Shown here piece after piece: positions 53,301-64,000 of a stretch of DNA of 64,000 bases. Source of the DNA: Phoronis australis (Eukaryota; Animalia; Phoronida); assembly GCA_002633005.1 (NCBI GenBank), contig NMRA01000064.1, forward strand, positions 622,354 to 686,353. The letters are read 5' to 3'. The first letter of the stretch is position 1. Every line of letters begins with the position of its first letter. The notes beneath the pieces are model-generated. The model ran no database searches. It was not told the DNA's origin and saw only the letters and a program-made list of their open reading frames with translations. The translations under genes were made by a program, and so were the position numbers.

Positions 53301-56300
53301 CCCAGGGTATTAGCCAAGATTTTCGTTCAACCGCCCCAGAAAACAGCGCTTAGCAATTTTTCCGACGCACAGAGCGCCTAGGCACGTCATGGATGTTGAG
53401 GGCGAAGTAGGGAATAAAAATCAACAAATTGATTCGAAACAATCATGCCGCGGACTTTCAACAAAACTGTGGTGCATTGCTATCAAACTTTGCTACTTAA
53501 TTACGATCATTTTACAGAAAATTGTGCTGAAATCCCAAGGCGAAAACTCGCCGACTGACTGCCTCGAAATCGCCGTCTTCGATATGGCGACTTCAATGCT
53601 TGAATAAAAATAGTTTCGACTCAAGAAAATTACCTGAAATCTTCATTAGTTTTCTAACGTCTCTAAGATTTTTTTTAAGTTCCCTTGGAGTCTGGATTAA
53701 CGACAGGTTTAAGTACAAATCTGTGCAACATCGTGCCATCTACATGTATATGATCGGCAACAAATGACGGCGAGAAAAATGTCTGGACGAACACACCTGT
53801 TGTTGTCACGTGACGTTTGTTTTGAAGTTCGTCTGCATTTGTGTGTAAGCGAGCGCGTGCGTGTCACCAGAGTTCATTTGCCAAAGCAGAGATCGTCTTT
53901 TGTCCAGAGCCACGCAATCTAACTAGCTAGATGTGTCTAAAGAAATTTGCACAAGCAGTAGGCCTAAACCATAGCGTGTTTCATTCAACACTTGCCGGTC
54001 TCGTGCTAAAAACTTTCGACATTTGTCTCGGTAAGGCCCATATTAGTCGCCGTGTGGCTGGATGCGTACGTAACTATCTGACAGTTATTTTTCGGTGTAA
54101 GGGTGTGTAAGCATTCACTGTCAGTTGTCATTTTATCGGATATTCGGCTTAAAAACACCAATCAAACAATCTCTCTCAAAAATAACGCAAACGTGTTTTA
54201 TAGTATTAGAAATTGTCGGAAATTAGTGCCAATATTCATTTCTTACCGATGCTATGCTACCCGTTTCATTAATGGATAGTTCCCAAGTAATGTCTTTGAT
54301 GACAGGTTCATAGTGTAGCGCGCGCTTCCCGGCCACGTGCGTTTAACACCGAGTTATTTTTATTCGTAAGACAGTGAGTTGATGTGTCTGTACTGAAAGG
54401 TCAGACGATAGTAGGACACGGTCGTCGCGAGAGTAGCAACGCTGTTGCGTTATTTTTGAAGCGCTGTGTTACTTTTTAGTGTATACTTAGTCACGGCTAA
54501 ATTCAAACGTAGCAGTGCCGCTGGTGGTCTAGAAGACCCGTGCAAGAATTTTTTTGATAAATTGAAGACGTTACTGTAGCCGAGTTTTAGGACTGTAGGT
54601 ACGTCATTGTTCGCACGTACACGTTCATGGACTGGGGGCTTATTTCAGCAAAGTCTGAAAACGCATGGGGGGGCGCTTATAGGGGCATGGGCGGTTATTA
54701 CGGCGAATACGGTATTACTAGCTGGTGCCGCAATGCATATTGTGCATAATTTGCAATCTAATTTTGCCCCATATTTTCACTGTGTCGTCTATGTTGAGCT
54801 ATGATCTGTTTTAATTTATGCAGAAACAGGACAAGGAAGACTGTTGTGTGTGACTGTGACTTGTTCACCTTAATCTCTTGTCATTTTCCACTTTAAACCA
54901 TGACCATTTTTTGACTATTGTATTTCATAAAGAATTAATGATGAGCGATGTCTGAAAATTGTCAATTATTGAGTTTTAGGAATATTAATAAAGTAATACT
55001 TAGTTGTACATAGCAGTACTAAAACTGATCTTATTCTTTGTGTTCTGAATAATGGAATAGTTGAATTTGGAAGGTTAGAATTTTGCCCGAAATTTAGACA
55101 TTTTAGTGTGAAGGTGATGCTTTTAGCAATTACAGCTGGCAAAAATTGTTTTCCAGAACAAGGAATTACAGGCCAGGTTATGGATGTGCTGACTGACGAA
55201 GAGTTGTTTACGCTAATTCCGATGCTAGGTCCTCGAGTGCTTTTCAAGAAGGCTAAACATGCTCTGCATTCACAAGCACCAATTGTGTCAGAGGGTTCAA
55301 AAGCTCAATCAGGCACCCCAAAAAGCCTTTCATGTGGTGCTCAAATAACAATCCAACATTTCTTCAGTGGAAAACAGTCTACAATAGATATTGATAGGTT
55401 AATGTTTTTCCAAGTAAAGTTTGTGAAATTAGTGATTCACTAGAAATAAGACATTTACAGAAATGACATATTAAGCAAAACTGCAAGTGACAGAATGAGT
55501 AAGGAGTACGAGGCCAGAAAATTTCTAGTGCTTCAAAGTACATTAAACAAATCTTTGGTATGCTAATAAAGTATTAAGTGCCTACTTACATCAAAATGGA
55601 AACTGATGCACTTGCAGTGTGTATACACGAGACAAGTCAAAAACAATATTTAAGTCTAGTGAGGTGCAGGAATTCCCAGAAAATATTCAGTTAAAACACA
55701 AAAATACAGTTATGTTAACCATACCCGTACTTTAGGCATACTGTTTTTTCTTTCTGGCAACAAAATAATTTCACAATTGAGGTTAGTGTTGGTGCAAAAA
55801 ACTCGAAGAACTAGGAATAACCCATGAACAGTGTATATCTGAGTTCAGTCAGCCTTAGGAAAACTTACTGTCTTTTTAGTTTCTGCTACTGTCAAGATCC
55901 GTCTCAGTATGTAGAGGTCATTTTAGCACTGTTGAATTCAATGTTGACACTCATAAACTGGGAAGACGAATAATGAGGCATGCTCTTGCTGAATCTGAGC
56001 ATACAGTTAATTTCCTGCCTCAAATGCTTTCACGTTTTTGCACAAAGCTTGTGCACAAGTCAAACAAAATCACTTAGCATCCTCCATTGAGATTGTTTAC
56101 GCCATCTTTGTATATAAAATATACAGTAGAGTTAAGACTAGTTTAATATTTTGTTAGTGGGATTGTTGTCAAACCATCCCCCAAAGTGTGTTATTTAGTC
56201 AGCCAGTTGGTTTATATGCGCATGTACCAGACAAATTTAAGTAGAAAAGCATTACTTGTGATAGTATTTTTCGATTCATTAATGAGGCCAGACTTATTAT

Positions 56301-59300
56301 TTTGTGAAAGGTTAGAAAATTGCCATTTTCCGAATACACCCTCAACCCTTCTGGGAAAGTTCTGGTGTTAGTTTATATGACATACTGTTGTGCAGTCTTA
56401 AATACATGTATTTTCAAAGTGCTTGAAATAAATTTCATTATTATCATTTTTGTTAGTTCCTCTTGCAATCACTAGCTCCTAAAACTGTAATGGGGACGCC
56501 AACGTGGGGCTCTAGTTGCTGACCCCAGTAAAGATTTGTGAAGCAGTTTTAGTAAAAAACAGCAAACTTCTTAGTGCAGAGAAGAAAACGATGTGTGAGA
56601 TTTCTGTTACAAAACTTAGAAATGCGCTAACTTCGTGACTGTTGACAATGATCATAAAAATTTAAAAAAAAATTATGGGTGGTTGCATTTCATACTTATA
56701 AAAAATTATAGGTGGTGGGCTTAAGAAAAAAATGAAAAGTATGGGTGGTGGGTGCAAAAAAAAAGTGCCTTCCCCCCCCTCCCATACAGATTTTACTGGA
56801 ACAGCCCTTATTAGCAATCTCAGTCCTCCACACCACTTTTTTGACAAAGTTTCATCTCCAAAAACCATCTGTGTGTGAGAGTGTCATAGATTCTACTAGA
56901 GGAATTATCCAACCAGCCTTGGAGATTGTACGCTATGGTTGGCCAAAAGTACTTGGATTCAAACTCGTGATGTTTGTACTTAAAAATGATGATAATGAAC
57001 ACTTGTCGTTTTTGGACGCTAATCGTTAAAACAATTTAGAATTGTGTTTGTATGTGTCAGAGCCATAATCAACTAATTTTAATTCAAAAGCACACTTATG
57101 ATTGACATGTTACTGTTTAAAACATTCACAATTTTTATCACTGCCTCACAGGGTATTACACATGATTTATTGAATCTATATAATGCAACATGGACTGCCA
57201 AGGTAGTAATTGCTGTATCATGTTTATAACACTCAGGTCTGGCTAATAGGTTTGAAGAGTATCCAAAGCTGAGGGAGCTCATCAAACTTAAAGATGAACT
57301 AGTTCAGAAAACAGCCACACCACCCATGTAAGTGTTGACATTGCCACCTCTGCTCTGTTTGGTTCAGTCGTGCTGTTTCAGTCCTGGTGGTACTGCTATT
57401 GACTTGGCACACGGTAGTACTGTGATGTATGCTCACTGAGATGTCCAGTTTAGGCTAAATAACCATATATTTGGGTATGTGTTTTCCATAAATCCAACGG
57501 TAGGACAAAATGCCTTAATATAAACCAAATGGTACGGTCATATTTTGCTGGTTGAGGTATTATAATAATTCTCTCTAAACCTTATAGTATGCTCATATTT
57601 TTCCACTTGGCAAAATATCCATCTTGCAGTAGGGTACGTTGTTTTCTAAAAATTCAGTGAAAGGATAAAAAATTCCTGCTAAGCCCTAGGGTAGGATAAT
57701 ATCTACTCTACAGTAAGGTTCTTTCTCCCCAAAAATCCAGTGATAGGCTCAAAATGTCCTTATAAACTCTGTAGATGGGTCTTATTTTGCTTGTAAGGAG
57801 TATAAAAATTTCGTTTTCAAAAATCTCTGGTAAGATTAAGTCATGGCTGATTTTTGAACAAAATCCCTGTGACATGACCAGTGCCTCAGGTAAGGAAGTA
57901 CATGTATTGTGGAATTCTGATACATCAACCAGATAAGAATACGTGTCATGAGTCTCATTCAACCAATCAGCACAGACTGCTTTATGAAAGTCTCTCATAA
58001 CAAGATTATGTTGTAGGTATCTTCATGCTGATTTAGAGACATTTGAGATGGAAGATCTTCAAAGTCAGTTTGATGTTATTGTTATTGAACCTCCCCTAGA
58101 AGAATACCGTGCACAGGGCCTAACATTTGACAAGTACTGGAGCTGGGATGAGGTATCTGTCTAGTCATACAGCTTTCATGTACACTGATAGCAACACATG
58201 TTTTACAAAAGTGATTCGAAGAACAGTTAGTAACATGATGTACACACAAGGTGTCGCCGGCATTAAATGGGTCGAGTTACAATTGGTTTGTGTTTACATT
58301 GCTTTAGAAGGTTTAAAACTTGTCTAAAAAGTGTCAAAATGCAAGTTGATGTCCATTGCCACATTCACTTCAGGCCAAAATGAAGTGTCAATCCTGTGTA
58401 TAACTAGGAAATGTATATATTGCCTGTGTTTGATGAACATTTTGTTATTCATCTCAGAGTTGACTTGTGATATTTTTGCCAATGTACTTATGCATTGTAA
58501 ACTCATGACCACATTGTGTGTATACACTGTAGCTGTTTGCCCATTGTTTACAGTCGCATGCTATACCTAAGTAGCTTTTCTTCTTTGCGTCTGTGCCAAT
58601 GATTACAAAAACTGTGTCCCTGTCATTATTTGATGAACGTCTGTTGAAAAGCTTGACTTCACTCCTACACTGTGACATATTCAATATTGAATCATTCAAA
58701 ATTTAAAACATACAGGTATCATTACTGATTGACAGGTATCATTAGTGATTGGCAGCTACTTAGTACAATATGAATTCTAAGTCCAGAAAGACTCTCATAA
58801 TATAAAATTAGCCTTCACTTAGTCGTTGTATGATAAATTTCTCTCACTGTTGTATTTAAGATTGGAAGTTTAGAGATTGAGAAAGTTGCTGCATCCCGCT
58901 CGTTTATTTGGATGTGGTGTGGATCAAGTGAAGGCCTGGACATGGGGCGAGAGGTATTTTGTGTTGGCAATACATAATAGACTGAAATACACATGTTAGG
59001 TGATCACATTATCAATATTTCTGTGTTCCATTGCACAGTAAGAATAGATGACTAAAGTCATTCATTTTGAATGAAAAACATACTCTGCTAATGATATAAC
59101 CGTACACTGACACTGGTTTGATATGAAAAAAGTATTAACAAAAAACTTATGCAACTGACATCAAAATTTCCCCCTATATTGTGAAGCCACTGGGGAATAG
59201 CAATCACCTCAATTCCTGAAAAGGTTTTGGTGCCCTGTTTTCCTGAACTACTTCAGGGCCCTGACCCATGAATAAAAGGAGTTGAATCTGATGCCACTGT

Positions 59301-62300
59301 GTCTGTTAAAAGAAGGATTCGTGGCTGACAGCCTTTCTGACACGCTCCTCAAACCTTGAGTGCTCTCTGTCTAACACTCTTAACACACCGTCCAGTGTTA
59401 TGAAGCTGATCAAACATTTAGTGAATTCAAATCATTGACATTTGCCCTGCGGAGCTTAGACATATGCTCATTTAGCTGCTGTTCCTTGTCACACAAAATG
59501 TGGTAGACCACTTCATTAATGTCACCACACTGTGGTTTGTCCTTAGGGTCCTCTAAACTAGCTTTTGTCTCCCAGTTTTTGGTATATATTTTTTGCACCA
59601 AGTTTTTCACGTGGATGAATGATACTGTCTATTGTCTCGCCTTCACTGCTAGTTTGCCTCTGGTGTGCTCTCTATAGACCAGCTGGTTGTTGTCACTTGT
59701 CATTGCATTACTGATAATTATAGTGAATAAACAAGTTTTCCATTGCATCAAGTTCAATGAAGTATTTGATATTAGATGGATTAACTGAAATGAGATTTCT
59801 TAAACAAGTCCTATTAATATTCTTTAAGTTTATTTTCAAAACAATCTCAGATTGTTTGATGTCTTGTGACTGTTGGAAATGCGGGAGTTGAATGACATTC
59901 TTAAGATAGGTGGATGATGATTGATAGGCAGAGAGTGAATGATAGGCTAAATTTCTGACGGCCTTTCACATCCTGTGCAATACTTTGTCATGTGATATTT
60001 TTTTATTCATGATTTGTATTGTAATTTATACTAAGTGAGGTTCAGCTCTGTAAGCAGCATTATATCTGGATATAAAAGATATTACTCTCGCATGACCTGG
60101 AATGTGTTGATATCAATATACGTACATTGATTTCAGCAGCTTTGGTCAAAAGAAGAACTGATCTGTTTACCTGATCACCAGTCAGATTGCTTTAGTAGGT
60201 CTCGCATGTCACACAATGTGAACCATTAAAACTGTTGCCACACCTGAACATGGTTCAAGTGATGAGTTTGGTAGTTGTTTACTCAGTAATTAGACAGTGA
60301 AGTTCACACTATTTTCAACTTGGTTTGTAGTGCCTCAGAAAATGGGGCTTTAGAAGATGTGAAGATATCTGTTGGATTAAGACTAACATAAAGAACCCGG
60401 GACACATCAAGAATCTGGGACCAAGGCAAATATTTCAACGAACCAAGGTATGTAGTTTTATGCGTTGTTGGTAATACGCCGTTAGCACTGAAGTTAGAAG
60501 AGTTAATTTGTCCGGATCGTATTTGTGTCTTTACTACAAACACGGAATTTATTAGACGTAGTGTTGTCTGATGGAAGAATTCCATGCATGGGCATTTCTC
60601 ACCTTCCTGTCAAGAACACCCTTTTATGGATGACAGGTGATTGGATAAATTTTCATGATTTTTCCGGTGTTATTTTTATTCCTCGCCTTCTTTCGAGTTG
60701 CCCTTTCAGTTTTGCTTTGGCATGTCAGTGTGCAAACAACTAAAATCCAGAAAAAATCAAGCTTCAGTAATGCGAGAAATCTCGGACAAATGTTGACGCA
60801 GGAAGCTGGATCTGGAGATGCACAAGTATGAGTTGAATTGATTCAATGGTGTGTTCACACTTCACAAGACATGATTGGGGTTAAAGCTATTTGAAATCAC
60901 CTCCATGATTGGGTTAAGATTGAAGGAATTTAGTTAAACTGCTTCTCTTTTCTAATGCTTCCTGAATTGGTTTGAATCTCACACCGATTTTAAATCAATT
61001 TGAAGTCCTCCGTGTAAAAGTATTGTTGTTACTAGATCAGTAATGATGAATGGTATTGCGATGGAATTTTGGCACAAAGTGTAATCAATGTGATTATCGA
61101 TATATTTTCTAGTTTTTGATTGGTTACGATATTGTATGTCTTGATTACTTACTATATGAAAAGGGAAATGCCAAATGCCAAATGAATGTATTTCTAACTA
61201 TAACAGAATTTATGCAATTGTTGTTTTATTAAGCGTGAGCTGTCTTCCAATCTGATGCCTTTTGACATGAGTTGAGTTTAGTGGAGATGGCATGAATTAT
61301 TTATGTTTCATAACCTTCCTATTTGAAATGAACTAATCTGTTTCACAGGTGTTTTTGGTCAACTTATCTTCATGGGTATTTTGACAAGAATCAAACCATC
61401 TATCATGACACTTTCATTCATTGTCTGCATTTTTGACCAATCGGATAATTTAACACAAATATAAAAAGACTAACAAAACTGTGACTGAATTTATTGGATC
61501 TGATGTAAATGTAATATGCAAGTGTGAATGCATTTCCAAAGAAACTTTGGAAATTATAGTTTGAGTATAAACATGCAAAGGGAGTGATGGGCAGATGCAA
61601 AATCATGTGTAAAATGTGCTCCTCTTAAATGCAGTATCACACTACCCCACTCAGTGGTCAAACAGCTATTATGTCGACTCATTTGATGCGCAACCATTTC
61701 GTTTCTCAGGAGAAACACCAGACTAAGCGTAGTAAGTGACACTGTGAGGATGTAGCGCTTGTGCTTAGACTCTAACTAAGTTCATACATGTACGCTGATT
61801 GTTTTGAAAAAGAATCTTTTGTCATAAGTTAGATTTTACAAGTTATATCTGTCACAAAGTCATTGTAGTTCAGCATAAGACACTTTGGGTTTAACTTGTC
61901 ATTACTTTGAGTACTTGGCATGGAACAAAAGTGTGGGTACTGTTCATTGCAAAGTAGGCAATCACTTCACATGTGTTTTGGCCATCAAAAGATTAGATCG
62001 AATCAAGAACAACATGTGTCATTACAGTCATATTTACTCTTTGTTTATTTATTTAAACTTCTTTAAGCATGGTATGTTGTGTTATGTATTTTGATTAAAA
62101 TGTCTGAAAAGAAATAACCCGACTGAGTAATGTGTTGGAAACATTTCTTTTCCGCCGAACATTAAAGGGTAATTTGTGTGTTGTAGGAACACTGTTTAAT
62201 GGGCATAAAAGGTACAGTACGACGAAGTACAGACGGTGACTTCATACACGCCAACGTAGACATTGATCTGATTATTGATGAAGAACCTGAATATGGCAGT

Positions 62301-62732
62301 AAAATGAAGCCAGTCGAGTTGTTCCATATTGCTGAACATTTTTGTCTTGGTCGACGTAGACTGCACGTGTTTGGACGTGACAATACGATACGGCCAGGCT
62401 GGTTGACTATTGGACCAGAAGTGACGAGTAGTAACTTTGACGCTGATGCGTATAATAACTACTTTAGGCAGAGCGCTGAAGGTTTCACGACAGGGTGCAC
62501 AGACGAGATAGAACGGCTGCGACCAAAGTCACCTGCACCAAAAAATAAATCTGGGGAAGGATCTCGAGGTCGCGGAGACAACAGAGGAGGAATGTCTAGA
62601 GGAGGATTGTCGAGAGGGGGGTCATCCAGAGGGGGTATGCCCCCGCGTGGCGGCCGTGGAGGATTCAGAGGCAGAGGAGGGTTTGGAAGGGGCCGGGGTA
62701 GCTATAGAGGGGGAGCCCAAGGAAGTAGATAG
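47379..62732 (+). CDS. METTL14: m6A methyltransferase non-catalytic subunit METTL14, ~458 aa
   Basis: Exons 47379-47444 ([22 protein letters not shown]), 48503-48600, 48953-49028, 49463-49528 ([10 protein letters not shown]), 50140-50227 ([17 protein letters not shown]), 57237-57327 ([16 protein letters not shown]), 58017-58152 ([13 protein letters not shown]), 58861-58953, 60331-60447 ([19 protein letters not shown]), 62187-62732 ([28 protein letters not shown] tail). 1377 nt in frame. Confidence 0.96.
47510..47725 (-). mobile_element. tRNA-related interspersed repeat (SINE head or solo-LTR-like, TGT..ACA ends)
   Basis: Minus strand has Pol III A box TAGCTGAATGGTTAG and B box GGTTCGATTCC (~47540-47595) but no good cloverleaf; bounded by TGTAG..TTACA. 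Confidence 0.5.
47855..48125. repeat. foldback/palindromic MITE-like element in METTL14 intron 1
   Basis: Arms of ~110-120 bp (TTCCAACTC..GAGCAGTCCCTCGTTCAGTTCCCAAAATCAGTAACTC / GAGTTACCGATTTTGGGAACTGAACGAAGGACTGCTC..GAGTTGGAA) centred on the palindrome ATATGACGTCATAT. Confidence 0.8.
50409..50514 (+). mobile_element. isolated left end of the TTA-flanked DNA transposon, truncated by the N gap
   Basis: Near identical to 51636-51741; preceded by TTA; ends at N 50515. Confidence 0.85.
50516..51277 (+). other. MTOR: mTOR gene fragment (two consecutive FRB-domain exons) inside METTL14 intron 5
   Basis: 50517-50585 encodes [23 protein letters not shown]|gtaag (5' truncated at the N); 51143-51277 cag|[45 protein letters not shown]|gtaat. 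Both match the mTOR FRB domain; intact splice sites, no stops. Confidence 0.92.
54630..54713. mobile_element. nested Tc1/mariner(pogo)-type terminal fragment
   Basis: GGGGGCTTATT..GGGCGGTTATTACGGCGAATACGG-TA resembles a pogo-type TIR end with TA target; the matching other end was not found. Confidence 0.35.
55156..55270 (+). pseudogene. SAM (sterile alpha motif)-like coding exon within the transposon
   Basis: ttttccag|..[33 protein letters not shown] matches the SAM pattern E-I-G--L--LT-EEL--L----LGPR----KA. Confidence 0.55.
59280..59600 (-). mobile_element. degenerate Penelope-like fragment in METTL14 intron 8
   Basis: Minus frame [23 protein letters not shown] followed by decayed RVLDRE..ERV..A; resembles the PKDK..VVY-I-C lead-in of PLE GIY-YIG domains. 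Confidence 0.5.
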
Positions 62733-63488
62733 TATTTGTGGTATAGTTGTCAATATTGTAACACTTAAGTATTGAACTCTTTTTATCAGCCAAGCAGCTC
62801 AAAAGCAACACTTTGAGAGACAGGCATTCCGCAGAGAGCGCTGTTCAATGACATGTTGAGAGTAGTTTCCTCGTTACAAGTGGACATGAGACTTAGGACA
62901 AACCCTGTATTTAGTTGCACAGTGTGCTCTCTGTTTTTGAGTGGTGTTAAACTTTCTATGGAGGGTCAGGTTAAGACTGGCTAGTTACTTTCTCGGAATT
63001 GTCAGAATGGAAAGCAAAATATTCATTCATTATAATTGTAGTTTCTGTTGCGATCAATCAGTACACTTACTTAATGTAGAGTGCAAGAAATAGTATCCTA
63101 TCTTCAAGGTGTTGCTATTCAGGCTAACATTTTTAGTAAAAATAAATATTGTCACTTCCCTGTCATTTGTTGTTATGCTACTCTGCCCTTTAACAATGGA
63201 CACAGTATTCATGACCATCAGTATGTGCATCACACAATGTTGTTGAAGGCATATCTCAAGAACAAAGCTTTAGATTTTATACCAAGATGTAGGTGGCGCA
63301 ACACTATACGCCTGTCCATTTTGGCATTTCCATGGTCACAGCAAGAATTTAATTAATATCGAAAAACGTTGGTGCAATGTCTCAAGTCAGAGCTAGATTT
63401 TTGCTGTAGATGGAAAACTCCAGGGGCCTGGTAAGTTTGGATGACCTTGACATTTTTAAGTGTGGAACTGTCGATGGAATCTCTCTAA

Positions 63489-64000
63489 GGGCTGTTCCAG
63501 TAAAATCTGTATGGGAGGGGGGGGGAAGGCACCTTTTTTTTGCACCCACCACCCATATTTTTCATTTATTTCTTCAGCCTACCACCCGTAATTTTTTTTT
63601 GTTCTTGTGGTTGACTGCCCAGGCGCTTGAGTTTATCTGTTCCTCCATCACCACTAACGGCATTCATTACTAAGAAAACATATGTTTCTTATATATGGTT
63701 ATTAGCCATCGAGAAATTCGAGCACCTGTGGTTAACTGGTGTTATGGGCATGCCGATTAGGAGATCGGAGGGAATGAAAAAGTCGGAGCTTTTTGCAAGC
63801 TGCATTTTTGTTTCAGTTTTTGATTCCGTGCGAATTGTTTATAAAATTTACTAAAATTACCCACCATCAAACATTTATGGCCCAATGAAACAACAACGAC
63901 CTGTAAATTTTTATTTTTTTGAAGTACGACCACCAGCCATTTTGAATTTAAATCAAACGCAACCACCCATAAATTTTTATTTCAGTTGCCTTCCCCCCCT
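63489..64000 (-). mobile_element. MITE-sized deletion derivative of the 51636-56807 element, in opposite orientation, running off the window
   Basis: TAA then GGGCTGTTCCAGTAAAATCTGTATGGGAGGGG..AAGGCAC (reverse complement of the 56690-56807 end); 63855-64000 is the reverse complement of ~51660-51810. Confidence 0.85.

Larger units (their letters stand above)
51636..56807. mobile_element. 5.2-kb TIR DNA transposon with 3-bp TTA target duplication (PIF/Harbinger- or Zator-like), no intact transposase seen
   Basis: ~36-bp TIRs GGGCTGTTCCAGTAAAATCYGTATGGGAGGGGGGGG at both ends; TTA at 51633-51635 and 56808-56810. Confidence 0.85.

Overview
AT-rich, intron-rich animal (invertebrate bilaterian-type) genomic DNA with four single-N scaffold gaps (6949, 15491, 18030, 50515). 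Genes were reconstructed by hand from GT-AG splice sites and reading frame. They are: the 3' half of a Na+/Ca2+ exchanger (SLC8/NCX, +), MRM2/FTSJ2 (-), ADMP (-, 5 exons), Pinhead (-, 7 exons, in tandem directly upstream of ADMP), CHCHD1/MRPS37 (-) and METTL14 (+, 10 exons), the last two head-to-head. The centrepiece is an intact Pinhead-Admp dorsoventral patterning gene pair. It carries a perfect Smad/Schnurri-type BMP response element (GGCGCC-N5-GTCTG) inside the first codons of Admp and Smad sites just upstream of Pinhead. Other points of note: a candidate 18-nt basic microexon next to the NCX CBD2 Ca2+ site; two mTOR FRB-domain exons stranded in a METTL14 intron between two copies of a transposon end (probably mis-assembly, possibly capture); and several DNA transposons, MITEs, Penelope fragments and minisatellites. 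All family assignments come from recognising motifs, not from database searches.
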